Shown here: piece by piece, positions 13,201 through 25,534 of the stretch
How the letters are laid out: every line of letters begins with the position of its first letter
How positions within the stretch are numbered: the stretch's first letter is position 1
DNA from: Eukaryota sp. TZLM1-RC
Taxonomy: Eukaryota; Protista; Metamonada: BaSk clade
Length of the DNA: 64,000 nucleotides
Reading direction: 5' to 3'
NCBI GenBank assembly: GCA_040285825.1
Contig: JAUPSS010000003.1
Span: forward strand, 1,860,001-1,924,000
Made by a program: the position numbers and the translations under genes
Notes under the pieces: generated by a model
Database searches by the model: none
What the model was told of the DNA's origin: nothing
What the model saw: only the letters and a program-made list of their open reading frames with translations

Positions 13201-15504
13201 TGTAAAGTTTACTGGGACGAGCTGTTCAAGGAACGTACGTGAATCACCTACAATCAAAGGACCATTGATGTTGAAAAGCTCGCAAGAGATCAATGGTTCA
13301 AAATTACGAATTCTTGCACAAATATTGGGTATTGAGATGTCCAAAAACAAGGGTAACAAATCTTGCTTTTCAACATCATTTTGACCTGTAGACACGTCAT
13401 CAAGCACTTCATCAATCAAAAATGATTGTATTGTAGCACGTTCTTTAAACCATTCCTGTTCTAATAAATTAATAGTGCAATCGGACCCCGATAAAGAAAA
13501 CAAAGTTGATGGTATTTCTTTTTTGTTTTCCAAGATAGTATTAATAGAATCAATCCAAAGTTTTGATTCTTTTTCATTTAATTTTCGTTTTAATTCTTCA
13601 GCGGCCATGCTAGTAATGCCTCTGTCTTTTATTTTTTGTTCTAAATAAGCTTCCCGTCGTAGTAAATCTGATATTCTGCGGCGTTGTGCGACAAAAATCA
13701 CACCCAAACGTGATTCAAAACAATCATCCATAATGGAAACTTCAAAATTTGACATTGAAAATTTGATTGATCTTGGGGGACGCCCTGACTGGATGGGATC
13801 AATGGCGTACAGTATTATAGGCAAAATTTTAAAAAATTCAAAAAAGTGAACTCCCAAAGGATTATTGGCAAATGGAAGTTTGACTTTGAACGACTGTGAC
13901 GTGATGATGATTGGTTGCTGAAGTTGGGGGTTGAAATCTTCTTGAAAACCAATTGAATTTATGGACATTGATAATATTTGAGTATTTTTAATGGAAAAAT
14001 TGAGTAATCCAATGGAAATCATTTGAGAAACACTATCAGTAACAGAAAAAGAACGTGTCATAATCGAAATTTTGGTCTTGTCAGTCAAGAAGAGATCAAT
14101 ATCAAAATTTTGAATATTGACACCTACTTTGGACCCACTGCTTACAACAAAAGGACCATCAGATGGCGTTATTTCTGACCTGAGACTGGGTAATGATAGT
14201 AAAATCGGAGTGGATAATGAGCACGTGATTGATTTGATTGAAAGGTCAATATTATCACATTTACAAACCACAACGTCATGAATAGTCAAAAAATTGTGAG
14301 AAATTTCCTCATTATTGACTCTTAATAAAGAGCTAACTGTTGTCAATGGAACTTCCACAGCTAGTGAATCTTTAAAACAGATTCCAATATCATTTAATCC
14401 AATTGAGAGAACGACTGTTCCAAATTTACTTGATATAGGACAAGAATTATGAATAGAAATAGAAATAACTGGTGCTGTACAATTAAATGTTAATTCAAAT
14501 TTTTGAGTTTTTGGTGAGACAGATGTCTGGGCTCTGTTGTGACTAGAAGAGCTCATTTCTGAATCACTACCACCGAAACAATCCAGGAGTCTTTTAAATT
14601 TTGGAGATAATGCTAAATCGAGTGAGGATTTTATTGGTGAAATATGAGAATTAATCAGCAATTCTTGATTTTGTGTTAAAATGGTATTAAATTCACTTAA
14701 GGGGGTCGAAATTATTGGTGATTGATTGAAATCGACAGCAAATTTCGACAGACTTCCATTTACTTCGAGATTCTGACTGTCATGACGTGATTTGATTAAA
14801 ACTGCAGTTGATAACGAAATAACTTGGTCATCCCCACTGATAGATGCTTGTAGATCATCAAGAGAAAAAGAAAAAGAAAAGAAGTACAAAATAGGTAAGA
14901 TTGATTCTAATGGCGAACTATCAGAAGCACAAGATGATTGGTTGTGATTGATTGGTTGTGATTGATTGGTTGCCGACATGGCAGTCAACAATTCTGCATC
15001 GCCACTTACTTTGCAAGAAGAAAATTCAAAAGCTACCCGATAATGGGCAGAATTGGATTTACTCTGAACAAGGGAAATCAAAGAAGATGATAGGGTGATA
15101 ATTGCAAGAGTATCATGTTCATGGAGCATTGAGAGTGTGAGAGACTTAATGAAAAGTATAATAGACTTTGGTAGTTTTACCAGAATTTTTTCAATCTTCT
15201 CAATAGGTGGTGATTTAGGTTTCGGGTTAAGGTTAGGATGAGAGGAGGGCTGAGAAGCTAAGGAGGGAGACATTGTGCAAGTGATGTCACCAAAAGAAAA
15301 ACGGAAAGGTAGGGAAAACTTGACATGTGAGACCTTTAGATGTAGAGACGATGATTTGTAAGTGACATTGATCAAGGACAGAAAGCCGAAGCGCTGGATA
15401 GTTACTCTGGAGCGAAGAATTAAAGAGAGAACAATTGAACACACGAAACCTAATATCCATGGAGAGAATGATATCAACCCCAACAAGATAGTGGTTTTAA
15501 GCAT
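10201..15504 (-). CDS. Bridge-like lipid transfer protein BLTP2 / FMP27 / Hobbit / KIAA0100 family
   Basis: 1767 aa; N-terminal TM anchor, beta-rich body, DDCFE and PWDKLRL motifs, C-terminal FHHVRVSPLQLRVSYKG..NKTLTW (Apt1-like). Confidence 0.85.
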   Translation of the reverse strand: MLKTTILLGLISFSPWILGFVCSIVLSLILRSRVTIQRFGFLSLINVTYKSSSLHLKVSHVKFSLPFRFSFGDITCTMSPSLASQPSSHPNLNPKPKSPPIEKIEKILVKLPKSIILFIKSLTLSMLHEHDTLAIITLSSSLISLVQSKSNSAHYRVAFEFSSCKVSGDAELLTAMSATNQSQPINHNQSSCASDSSPLESILPILYFFSFSFSLDDLQASISGDDQVISLSTAVLIKSRHDSQNLEVNGSLSKFAVDFNQSPIISTPLSEFNTILTQNQELLINSHISPIKSSLDLALSPKFKRLLDCFGGSDSEMSSSSHNRAQTSVSPKTQKFELTFNCTAPVISISIHNSCPISSKFGTVVLSIGLNDIGICFKDSLAVEVPLTTVSSLLRVNNEEISHNFLTIHDVVVCKCDNIDLSIKSITCSLSTPILLSLPSLRSEITPSDGPFVVSSGSKVGVNIQNFDIDLFLTDKTKISIMTRSFSVTDSVSQMISIGLLNFSIKNTQILSMSINSIGFQEDFNPQLQQPIIITSQSFKVKLPFANNPLGVHFFEFFKILPIILYAIDPIQSGRPPRSIKFSMSNFEVSIMDDCFESRLGVIFVAQRRRISDLLRREAYLEQKIKDRGITSMAAEELKRKLNEKESKLWIDSINTILENKKEIPSTLFSLSGSDCTINLLEQEWFKERATIQSFLIDEVLDDVSTGQNDVEKQDLLPLFLDISIPNICARIRNFEPLISCELFNINGPLIVGDSRTFLEQLVPVNFTMIPSPQNPSKIWHLLTNASPTFTKMYNNLYISLFDGIVRFSKSWQPSLNLLSHVLDTHSPPSVVSMPTLQPWDKLRLMLVGRPSVSLVRTSLFIGSSLSPHSWRNYLLMRIQELLLVLNKKNSDQLALISLSIKGLDASAVVANDSCLSVTPLTSLQTPDRPPYSDPFGRSPLALSPHVKSSPLSVSLFKQPINDKSILSFEELSIQILLKTHSKRCKMAEINRKLGVGGVVVDHEAFCTCSSPTYDSLFPIVKPHKPSTMMAVCYDFELDSDNQMMSPLKLKDEQLEILKHHEYGRIDPLVSLSSVNMQANISVTSLSCLLRVSKSFQRTISVFPFSNKSNNSRDLLEVPDLIRKMSLILDMNNTCVRASKHLHVSIGTSRAHVLLFNQIFKYSEFQPYMRFVSFYSLLSVKAFVTNIDIGNPSFTSLGLIEKFIVDIPLLDNVNLPTSCDVTDHYISSPIACYTDWRRDINESKPVVLPESTSIAIKSPKICLSSLCKHLNDLTAWLDGVSKTLDAFSRYSKSHSTLLSEKLVNELKVNQPQQLEVFIDVPQLALSDSFLITCSKIIICIANSTVNVSSDKIQALVAPEIGCDEFLWAEPESSIRNGVAEVSLFHSIALPFSVSFTKSSHGLRLHVPALIVSLDRSSYLLVVDGINALTSALPNNSDSESKPLPLSITVDYMDASFLADGEMFTKVILEEINYTETIDVVDESCYKSNVVVALSKALATSFLVPECSPFRTILRLQDSVLSSPGVDFCRIRSTRLPSVGGVLVSENFDVLVAPLDVRLTSLLVSTFNHFFQSDDATDDDLPSYFGSGSISTEVSEDSDSNLDFEDLEDHDDNQTLATHRRSIKESDSPFLTSSHLTEDSSSSVRRYITFHHVRVSPLQLRVSYKGLKSKNIQDFDNLRIHVPQLSFANKTLTWGELAELIKGEVVLRVLAQTASGYISGKISNVFRRQSKDEKGRRTRRKRKESHPLSSAISHAEEKKQLFGMFFKK

Positions 15505-15589
15505 GAACCTTCAAAGAGAATGTAGACGATTAAATCTTTTCCCATTTAAAATTGATCTTGATGAACATTTAAACATTTGAACATCAACT

Positions 15590-16640
15590 TAAAGCAGAGG
15601 AATCCCAACCTACATTATGAAACACTCTTGGAGCGAGAGCAAGTTCCACAGCCTCAACCATTTTACCAAGATCTTTGTACAAACTGGAGACACTTCTGTT
15701 ACTCGAGAAATTTAACCTACATGAAGGGTGTTTTTTAATGATGAAATCTTTAAACTCAACCAATAACAAGGTTATTCTAACCACAATCAAAATTTTCGTA
15801 AAGGTTGAGTAATAAAAGCAGCACCGGCAGAAACACAACAAGAACTGGAAACTTCTAGTAAAAAACTATATAACTCTTTGTTTCCTGAATATTTAGAAAG
15901 TAAACCATTAAAAAATGCTTCTTCTTCGCTATCATTAATCCTTTTCTGTGTGTTAACTACAGCTTTGGTTAACACATTCAATGAAGGAGCTTTCACTGTT
16001 TCTGGTGACGTTTTCTGATGAAAAAGTCGTATCCAAAAATCTGGAGGAAAATCATTAATCAGATTTTGAAGGCCATAGAAATCTTTAAGATTTAATTTTC
16101 ACGCAAATGATAACCACAAGGCAGGAAGATGTTTGGAAAAAGTGAAAAGAAAATACTTCAGTCCACCAATAAAAGCTGCTTTAACAATTATGCTTGCTTT
16201 TTGATAACCTGCTCCACCATGTTTTGCACTTAAATATGCATATTTCTTGTTCGATGGATGAATTTCATTAAGTGAACATCTACAATTGACACGGATTAAA
16301 TTGCAATTTTGAACAATGGGGAGAGCAATTTCAGGACTTAAGCAGTGATAGAAATGATTTAAATTAGAATTAAAACAAATGTTTTCAGTAAAAAATTTGA
16401 GATGTAGAAGATTCTGATCTAAAGCAAGAATTCCTTCTAGAACATGTTTTAATTTCCTTAGATCATTTTCTATTTTCAAGGCCATTTTTCTTCATTTCCA
16501 AGTTATGCACCCCAACAGCGAACAGCATCAGAATTTCATTTCGTGAATGGAATTCGGAACAAAGCACTTTTAAGTATCTTTCATCATCCAAATTGGGATA
16601 TTTAAATCCCCACAAGCCGCACTTGCTATTATTTATTTTC
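15590..16640 (-). mobile_element. Degenerate RLE non-LTR fragment (family E)
   Basis: VGLKINNSKC, KHGGAGYQKA..AAFIGG post-RT motifs, many stops; a family-A scrap follows at ~16670-16830 (+). Confidence 0.65.
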
Positions 16641-18493
16641 AATCCTACTAATTTTGAATCTATAGATACAATGTTGCTTAGAGAAATTCTAGCATTAAAC
16701 AAATTTGGTTCTGATGATAGAAATTATATTTACTGTGATTGGATTAAGAACGCTGAAGTTTTTGTTGACTTTGTGTTTTGCAATTTTGCAATTGACACTT
16801 TGGTTCAAAGAAGGAAACTTAATCATGTTTAGATAATTGAAAAGTAATGCTGGTGGTCAGCTAGAAATTCTTTTTGTCAGCAACCAGCATAAAAAACTTT
16901 CTAGTAAGGAATGTTTATTTCTCAGTGTTTCTGGCTGTATTCGCTGAGTCTTACATTATGTTTGAGTACATTACAAAAACTGGATTATTATCAGCAAGAA
17001 ATTGAAGGACGACCACAAGTGACTTGATAAAATTTAAATCAAAATCATTTCATAACATTGAAACACACAGCAAATTTCCTTATTTTCCCAGCTGGGATCT
17101 GTTTGTTTGGCTTGATTTGAAAGGGCTGTGAATCGTTTTATTGTTTGTTTATTGATAGATTCAATATTGATATTTTAATACTCATTGTTCTTGATTTCTC
17201 GTGGTTTACTTCTTCTCACCTCTCAATTTGGACTTCAACTTACTGGGTCCATGTTTAAACTCACCTTTTACTCTTTCCCAATTACTTTCTGTGGTGAGAC
17301 TAATGGATCATACGTAGCTTTTCCTGGCTTTGATCTTTACCTCCTCTTGTTTTGTCCTTCGTATCTGGTGTTGACATATGACAAACTTAGAGTTCACAAC
17401 AATTCACTAACTTCTTAAGAGAAATCTTTGAAGCCCTAAATTTTGCCAAATCCTTTCTGTCCAGTGGAGATAATCACTCTGTTTTCTCAGTGGGTGTTTA
17501 ATTCTTGATTTCTGAAATTTGGTAGTTTATTCAATCGTGGCATTAAACCAAAATATTAATTAAGAATTCATGATCTATATATATAATTTATTTACTACGG
17601 TTATTTTTTTGCACTAGTTCAGTATTCATTCGCGTATGCAATTTGTGAGTCTGTAACGTCCAACAATTTCCAAACATTTCTCCCCAGTGTTTTGAAATTT
17701 GTACCGCATTTTCGATTGTTGGATGTGTGTCTCGCATCAATTTTGCTTTGAAATGTGGCTATTTTGATCAGTTTACGCCAACTGTAATCGAATATTCAGA
17801 ATGAGGGACAATTTATGTATTCGTCAAAGACATATTGTTATTATTGTAATCACCAAATTAATTGGTTTTCCTGATCTTACTATGCATCCTCTTCATCGTC
17901 AATTCCTTCCTGTTCTTCTTCATATTCATCCTCATCGTGAAACTTTTGCTTTGCTTTCTCTGGGCCTTGTCTGATTTCCTTTTCTATTCTTTCAAGATTT
18001 TTCTCTCAGGTCAAATGTCTCAGTCAACATACTGAGTTTGTTTTCTGCATTATAGGGATGTGACATTGGAAGAAGGTCTAATGAACAAGATTTACAAAAT
18101 CACAAAACCGAGATCTTTCAAAAAGATGGTTGAAACTTTGGTTTTGTCTGGTTTATATTTTACTGTTCTTCTCAGTTCTTACAGCTTGGTGAAATCGCAT
18201 TTTCTAAGCCAAGTTACAAGGACATGATTAAAGACAGTGAAAAGACATCTCTTAAACAAGGGTGTTCAGATCAACTTCTATTTTCATATTGAATAAACAA
18301 TAGTTTATTCAAGACCATGCTTACCTTAGTCCACATTATGGCGGTTTAGGGTGGACGAAGGCTTCTATTCTAACCTCGTGTGCTTTTGTTGGTGGATGCA
18401 GAAATGCAATCTTTGAGTTTTCTTAATTAAGTGTGCAAATTCAATAAATATTAAAATTCAATAAATATAAGATCTTTATAATAATATATGCAG

Positions 18494-19380
18494 ATCGGCT
18501 GTTTTAAATCAAGATCTTCACTCATTGTTATTGGAAAAGGGTGTTTGTGAAAACAATTCATCAGATTCTTCACTTTTTGTAAACATTGTACCACGAAGAT
18601 TTGGATTGTGTGCCACTAATGAAGCATTTCTAACAAAAATGAGATTATATTTGAATATCCCCATTAATCAATTATTATCAAAAGAAAAATGTATTTGTTC
18701 GAATTCACCTAAACTCACTTTGCGCCATGCTCTGAATTGCTCTAAATTGATAACTTATCGTTCTTCATTACATGATGCTGTTAGAGACACTGTTTTCAAT
18801 ATGGCACAAACTGCAAGGATATCGTGTATCAAAGAGCCCCTGCTGAAGGAAACACTTTCTCTGAATAATTTTGGTTCTGATGATAGAGGTGATGTATACT
18901 GTGATTGGATTGATAATTCTGAAGCTATTGTTGACTCTGTCTCATGTAATGTTGCAAACGATACTTTGGTTCACAGAAGAAAACTTAATCCTGTGGCTGC
19001 TCTGGATTTTAAAGCAAAAGAAAAACATAGAAAATATGATAAAGATATTGAAGAGGCAAATGTCGATAGAAATACACAGCTGGTTTTTATTGCTTTCCCA
19101 TTTTCGATAAATGGAAGATTATCAGTTGAAGCAGAAACTTTTTTGGATGACTTCCAAAAAATGGTGCAAGAAAAAACAATGAAAAGATTTGATATTTTTT
19201 TATGGCGTTCACGGATTCAATTTGCCATTATTAATAGATTACCGCGGTTTTTCAATCGAATTAGAGAAGCTTTAGCTAGACAGCAAGCAGATCAAGATTT
19301 TGTAGAGGAAATCTTGGTTCAATGATAGTCGTCCCATTAGTTATGAATTAATTTAATTAAGTGTGCAAATTCAATAAATA
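18494..19380 (+). mobile_element. 5'-truncated RLE non-LTR retrotransposon, family A (open 266-aa C-terminal ORF)
   Basis: CIC..H..C knuckle plus RLE to EEILVQ*, AATAAA tail; extra scraps at 18330-18450. Confidence 0.9.
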
Positions 19381-19439
19381 CGATTAATTTATAAATATTA
19401 CCATTGTTTCAAAAAAAACAAAAATATCAAGTACAATGT

Positions 19440-21825
19440 TGAGAAATAGATTCATATATTCTACCGAATTATTAATCTTTTGCTCAATCCCGACAAATGT
19501 CTCCTTATAGGAAATGTAAAAGATGGTTTAACCATTGATGTTGTTGAATTTCCTTTCGTAAACCATTCCTCAAATGTTTTTTGTTTCTTAGGCTGCTGAC
19601 TTGGAAATGTTCCCCAAATTACCGATGAATTAAATAATCTTTTGCTGAAATTGGGTTCCGAACTTGATACGATTTCTTCATTTGAAATAGAGAAACATAT
19701 TAAGTTTTTTATTTTATAAATTTGTTACTCAGGTAAAATGACTCATATATTAAGAACTTCTTGTAATATTTCACGTGGATTATTCTGCTCGTTTAACCAC
19801 TGCAAAAAACAAATTTCATTGCATCTTTGATTGATGTCAATCCCGAACTAATTCGCAGCCATGGGCTCTTCCCATCTAATTTCAGTGGAATTAATTTCAC
19901 TAAACCAGACTATTTTCTCTCAAGCTGCTTTGCTTAAATGGAGGGAAAAATTTTGTTATTGAATTTTGCAACCGCTTTCCAAATGATGTTACTGAATTCT
20001 ACACGTAATTATGAATTTCGAAAAAATGCTCTTGATTGTCCAGAAATTGAAGTAAAGGATTCTTGATAATGTAGACGAAATATCACCTAAACACCCAGTT
20101 TTAGTAATTTGAGTTATTGTTTTAAAAATGCAACAAGAATTAGCAATAGTTGTTCAAGGCTCGGAGATAATGTTCGTCGTGGCTCGGCCAAAAAATAATA
20201 ATCTCACTTTCGCAAATTTTTTCCTTCTCTAATTCCTCAAAGTTATGGTCTTCTTTTGAGATGATACCACATTTTCTTGTACAATGCACCTTTGATGTTT
20301 TATTTGGCATGTTTACGTGCCTCAAAATTTGATTTAATGTGGATCAAACAATTCTCCAAAACATTCCTTTAATTGACGCACTTTTTTTTATTTTTTTATT
20401 CAACAACAAATAATGTATTTATGGAATTTGCACACTTAATTAAATTAACTCATAACTAATGGGACGACTATCATTGAACCAAGATTTCCTCTACAAAATC
20501 TTGAACTGTTTGCTGTCTAGCTAAAGCTTCTCCAATTCGATTGAAAAACCGAGGTAATCTATTAATAATGGCAAATTGAATCCGTGAACGCCATAAAAAA
20601 ATATCAAATCTTTTCATTGTTTTTTCTTGCACCATTTTTTGGAAGTCATCCAAAAAAGTTTCTGCTTCAACTGATAATCTTCCATTTATCGAAAATGGGA
20701 AAGCAATAAAAACCAGCTGTGTATTTCTATAGACATTAGCCTCTTCAATATCTTTATCATATTTTCTATGTTTCTCTTTTGCTTTAAAATCCAGAGCAGC
20801 CACAGGATTCAGTTTTCTTCTGTGAACGAAAGTATCATTTGCAACATTACATGAGACAAAGTCAACAATAGCTTCAGAATTATCAATCCAATCACAGTAT
20901 ACATCACCTCTATCATCAGAACCAAAACTATTCAGAGAAAGTGTTTCCTTCAGCAGGGGCTCTTTGATACACGATATCCTTGCAGTTTGTGCCATATTGA
21001 AAACAGTGTCTCTAACAGCATCATGTAATGAAGAACGATAAGTTATCAGTTTAGAGCAATTCAGAGCAAGGCGCAAAGTGAGTTGAGGTGAATTCGAACA
21101 AATACATTAATACAACAAATATGAAAACTGAAAACATAAAATACACAATTAAAACTCCACATCCTCACAAAAATTAACGCACTGTATTATTTTCCGATCA
21201 AAAGTTCATGATGCAGTTAGGATTCAACTGTTAGGTATGTCAAAATCAGACAGAATTGTTTCGTATTTAGAACCATTACTCTCCCGTTTGGTTGATGTAG
21301 ATACTCTGAATTCTTTTGGTCGAAATAGAGGTGATTTAATGCTTGAAAGTTTTGAAAGAACGACTATCATTAATGATGTGAGATCAACTGCTGTGCGTAA
21401 TAATTCTGTTATACCGTTAGCTCAGTGAAAATAATAATAATCCTCTGTCTGTTGCCGAAAATACTAAAATTGATAAATATAAAGCGAAGTTGTGATCCTT
21501 GAATGCTGAATCGCAACTCATTATGTCCTTTGTGCATTTGCTTTTTCCTTACATAGCACACTTGGACCTCTTGCTTTATCTTTCTTGGATGATTTTATTG
21601 CAATTGTAAAGCAACGTACAGGAAGAATTTTTGACAAAATGTTTGGCACAACAGAATTGTATTTTCAATTTTTAAAAGTGTTGTTGTCCATATTATCTTC
21701 TGCTTTATTATCACTTGTTTGGTTTTATGAAGGAAAAATTTCCAGTCAATTCTTTTTTGCTGATTTGCGATAAACAGATTTAGATTTTGAAGTTTGGTTT
21801 GTTTCTCGTTGGAATAAATAATAAT
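19440..21825 (+). mobile_element. Degenerate family B non-LTR copy interrupted at 20382-21171 by nested insertions
   Basis: Collinear with 3809-5690; break flanked by AATTGACGCAC / AATTAACGCAC. Confidence 0.8.
20416..21108 (-). mobile_element. 5'-truncated family A non-LTR copy with TSD
   Basis: ORF 20471..21076 nearly identical to 18525..19325; ACAACAAATA at 20403-20412 and 21112-21121. Confidence 0.9.
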
Positions 21826-22115
21826 TTAAATAAAAGAGAAAAACAATATAGTCAAATTTCAAAGTTCAATAAAACAAGAACTTCTGGTACAAAATCTTTT
21901 AAAAACCTCTGTTTGTGACCTGGTTCTAGTATCAATTGGTAGACAAAGGTAAAATTGAGGTTTGAAATAAAATGAAACAAACATTCAAGAAAATAAAATA
22001 AACAATTATTTATTTACTCGTGAAAAATTGATTATAATTCCAAGATACAAATCAATAAATAAATTCAATAAAAAGATAAAACTGAAAAAACTACATCAAG
22101 CTTAATTAAAACCAA

Positions 22116-22634
22116 CTATGAATTACTCTTCTTACTTTGCCTAGCATCCTCTTGTCGTTGTTTCCTCCTCAATCGTTTTCTTTCCTTTTTCTCTAGTTTT
22201 TTAGCCAACTCTGCAGTAGAAATATTATCTCGTTTGTACTTTCTCATGTTCTTTTTGTGCTGTTTTGACAATAGATGTGTATTGACTTGAATTTCGTTGA
22301 GCAGAACTTTATCCGGACAACAGACGCATTTCTTGGGGTATGTTTCCTCAGATTTGTCCTGATTTCCCTCATTATTTTCTTCCTTTTCTGCCTCCACAGA
22401 TGCCATTTGTCCGGCGAATTCATGAAGAAGGCCCTCCTTGTCAAGAAGTTCTAAGAGTTGGTCCTCCGATAGGTTGTCAAGATCAGGTAGCTCGTCATTG
22501 TCATTATTGAGTAAGGGAGAACTGAGTTCATCACAGGAAACATCTTCATCTTGAGACTCAAGTCCCGCTAAGTGGGAAGGGGAGTCTGGTTCATCATCAC
22601 TGGATATTGTACCTGAAAGAATCCTTTTGAACAT
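22116..22634 (-). CDS. Acidic/basic protein with one C2H2 (U1/JAZ-like) zinc finger
   Basis: CVCC..HLLSKQH pattern, acidic N-terminus, Lys/Arg-rich C-terminus. Confidence 0.6.
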   Translation of the reverse strand: MFKRILSGTISSDDEPDSPSHLAGLESQDEDVSCDELSSPLLNNDNDELPDLDNLSEDQLLELLDKEGLLHEFAGQMASVEAEKEENNEGNQDKSEETYPKKCVCCPDKVLLNEIQVNTHLLSKQHKKNMRKYKRDNISTAELAKKLEKKERKRLRRKQRQEDARQSKKSNS

Positions 22635-23216
22635 TCAATGTAATAATGCGGAAGAAATTAATTTGAAATTAATTCATTTTTATCTTGATTGTGCAAATTC
22701 AATAAATACGATTAGTTTTTGATAACCAAATTACTTTTTTTAACAATTTAATTTATTCCAACGAGAAACTAAACCACAAACTTAAAGGTCTAAATCTTCA
22801 TATCCCAAATCAGCAAAAAAGAATTGACTGAAAGTTTTTCAATATGGTTTGATACCAAATCGAATGGCAATTCACTGTCAACTGAAGCAAGAACCTCACA
22901 GAACAAGTACATGTAATCAATAGATGAGATGCACAGATGAAGTGTTAGCTGAGATATGAAACATAAATTAAAATAACTATGTACTACCATCTTGCAGTTT
23001 TCAAAGAGCTTCAGGTCGTTGATTGTAGAAGTCTTCGGTTATGGCGTTCTCCAGTTGGTTTCCCCAAGAAAAAACAATTTGAAACCAACATTTCTGATAT
23101 TCGGAACAATCTCAATCTATTGGACATTGAAGTACAACATAGGGTTGTAAGCTTAGGTGAATTAGTGTTGAAGACATTTTATTATAAATAAATTTACGAT
23201 TTGGACCTTTCTGTTA

Positions 23217-25295
23217 ATGGCGAGCTACAGCTTTGATGGCATGGAGTCTCCGCCAGATTCCCCACCTTCATCCTATGTATCTTCAAAACCTCCCCTTCAT
23301 CCTTCCATGATGTCCTCCAACGTTGAAGAGCCTGACACTTCTCTCATTCAGGAAGCCAAAATCGCCAATGATTACAACAAAAAGCTTGGGGCTAAGGTTC
23401 AACGACAGGCTCAAACAATTGCTGACCAAACTTCTCAACTAGAACGACTTCGTTCCGAGTCAAAGGAACTTACTCAAGAAATCACCAACCTACGAAGACA
23501 AGTTCGTGAAAATCAACGTCGCTCTACCGTCTCCACACCCACGTCATCAGCTCAAAATAGACAAATTTCTGAGCTTCAATCAGAAATCAGAAGACTGCGT
23601 GAAGCGTTACGGCGGGAAGAAACCTCTAACCAAGAGTCTAAAGCCTATATCGATGTCCTTAAAAATGCACTCGATACCAAATCAATTGAAGGTAAAATTG
23701 ACAGTTATGAATCCAAAATAGATTCATTAGAAACTAGGATATCCACTCTCGAAGAAGAAAAGGCTGCTCTATTGGATTATGCTAGGGAAAGCCAACAAGC
23801 GCAGGAAGATGCTCTCAATCAAGCAAGGAAAAGTGAAGAAGAAAAGAACTTTTTGACTGAAGAATTAGAACAAGTATCAATGGAAAAAGATGAAGAAATT
23901 AATTTGTTAAAGCAAAATAATTCACAATTGACTAATGAAATAGATGAATTACGATCAAATGTTGGAATTCTTGAAGATTCTAAACAAAAGCTAATTACTG
24001 AGCTGGAGCAAGTTAAAAGGGCCAAAGATGGAGAAATCAAACAGTTAAAAACTCTCAATCAATCCAATCAATCAAGAATTGATGAACTTTCCCAGTCAGA
24101 ATCGACGTTAGAAAACGAGAAATCTTCACTCGAAAAACAACTTGGTAGAGCTTTTTCATTAAATCAAGATCTCCAATCACATCTGGATCAATCAAAAGCA
24201 CGTGTAGAAGAGCTCACTGACAAGCTGGGTGACAAGGAAGAGCTCATAATAGAGTTGACTTCTGAGCGTGATGATAATGTTATTGTTATAAATGACCTGG
24301 AAAATAAGGTGGATTCGTTAAATTCAGAAGTATTGGCTTTATCTAAAGATTGCGATGAATACTCTTCTGAAATTAACTCTCTTGGTAAGCAACTTCGTGA
24401 GGCTGAATCAATCATTTCTGATTTAAGATCCACGTCATCAGTTACTGAAACCAATTTACAGGAAGCTCGGGATAAAATTAAAGAAATGAAAGAAGAACTA
24501 GAACAGGCAGTTGAAGCTGAAGCAAGTGCTGCCTTACAGTCAAGGATTTTGCTATCCCAATTAAGAACGCAAGAAAAAACGTTGACTATGCAAGAATCTA
24601 AAATTGGATCTGTAAATGAAATGGAAAATGAACTTTTAAAAGAAAAAGAAAGGAATGAAAGTTTGAAAAAAGAAATTTCTGAAATGGAAAAGTTGCTGGA
24701 AAACCAAAATACTAAATTAAAACAACAAAATGAACAAATTAATGAATTAGAAATGGATTTATCGAGATCTCAAGGTAGAATTTCTTCACTTGAAAAAACA
24801 ATTCAACGACATGAGAGTACATCTACAGAGGAAATGACAAACCTCTCTTCACATGTTCAAATGCTTAAAAAAGAACTTGCAGAAGCCAAGACTATGTCTG
24901 AAAAGCATAGTGATATGGCCTTCTCTGCCGAAGCAAAAGTACGTGATTTAGAAAGTAAAGTGGAATCCTTGGAATCAGAGAGAGATGCTCTTACGCAGGA
25001 GCTAAAGACTCTGAGAAAACGTCATTTGGAACTTGCTCACAGTGTTCCTGCCTCACCAAGGTCTCCTTTAAGTAAACCTTTTAGTTCAACCGTCCATGAA
25101 TTCAGAGAATCATCTCCCACAACAGCTGAAGATTCAAACAGTTTCACTAATAGATTGAGTACCATACACAGTAGCCTGCAAAAGGAGAGACCTTCATTGA
25201 ACTCAGAAGGTGCTAAACCTAGTTTTGAAGAGAACTTGAAGAAACTTCGTGAGCAATTTAGTACAATGCGACAACGTTATTCAATAGATTCTTGA
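23217..25295 (+). CDS. Long coiled-coil protein (692 aa), copy 1
   Basis: Heptad E/K/L/Q-rich body with Ser/Pro-rich ends; near-identical inverted paralogue at 38897-40972. Confidence 0.85.
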   Translation: MASYSFDGMESPPDSPPSSYVSSKPPLHPSMMSSNVEEPDTSLIQEAKIANDYNKKLGAKVQRQAQTIADQTSQLERLRSESKELTQEITNLRRQVRENQRRSTVSTPTSSAQNRQISELQSEIRRLREALRREETSNQESKAYIDVLKNALDTKSIEGKIDSYESKIDSLETRISTLEEEKAALLDYARESQQAQEDALNQARKSEEEKNFLTEELEQVSMEKDEEINLLKQNNSQLTNEIDELRSNVGILEDSKQKLITELEQVKRAKDGEIKQLKTLNQSNQSRIDELSQSESTLENEKSSLEKQLGRAFSLNQDLQSHLDQSKARVEELTDKLGDKEELIIELTSERDDNVIVINDLENKVDSLNSEVLALSKDCDEYSSEINSLGKQLREAESIISDLRSTSSVTETNLQEARDKIKEMKEELEQAVEAEASAALQSRILLSQLRTQEKTLTMQESKIGSVNEMENELLKEKERNESLKKEISEMEKLLENQNTKLKQQNEQINELEMDLSRSQGRISSLEKTIQRHESTSTEEMTNLSSHVQMLKKELAEAKTMSEKHSDMAFSAEAKVRDLESKVESLESERDALTQELKTLRKRHLELAHSVPASPRSPLSKPFSSTVHEFRESSPTTAEDSNSFTNRLSTIHSSLQKERPSLNSEGAKPSFEENLKKLREQFSTMRQRYSIDS

Positions 25296-25534
25296 TTGTA
25301 AAATATATTTATCTTAAGTAGCGTCCATGTTTAATCTAAACCTGCAGTTTAACATAGCAGAAGATACAATGGTATACACCTAACTCTACTAAATGACACA
25401 GACATACCAGCAAAAGGATCCACGAATGATCAGCATGAATAATTAGTGGAGTGGTCGAACGTGGGCGAGGAGAAAATTCCTTTTCTTCCTCTACTTTCAG
25501 TATGACTCAAATCACACTCTAGCTAACAATAGAC

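Noticed and set aside
10805-13384. Plus-strand ORFs within the BLTP2 gene and similar antisense ORFs across gag, pol and the coiled-coil genes
   Set aside because: Shadow frames of long coding sequences with no motifs
25300-25500. snoRNA or other ncRNA between the coiled-coil gene and eL43
   Set aside because: No convincing C/D or H/ACA pair; similarity to 38700-38890 is explained by the duplication
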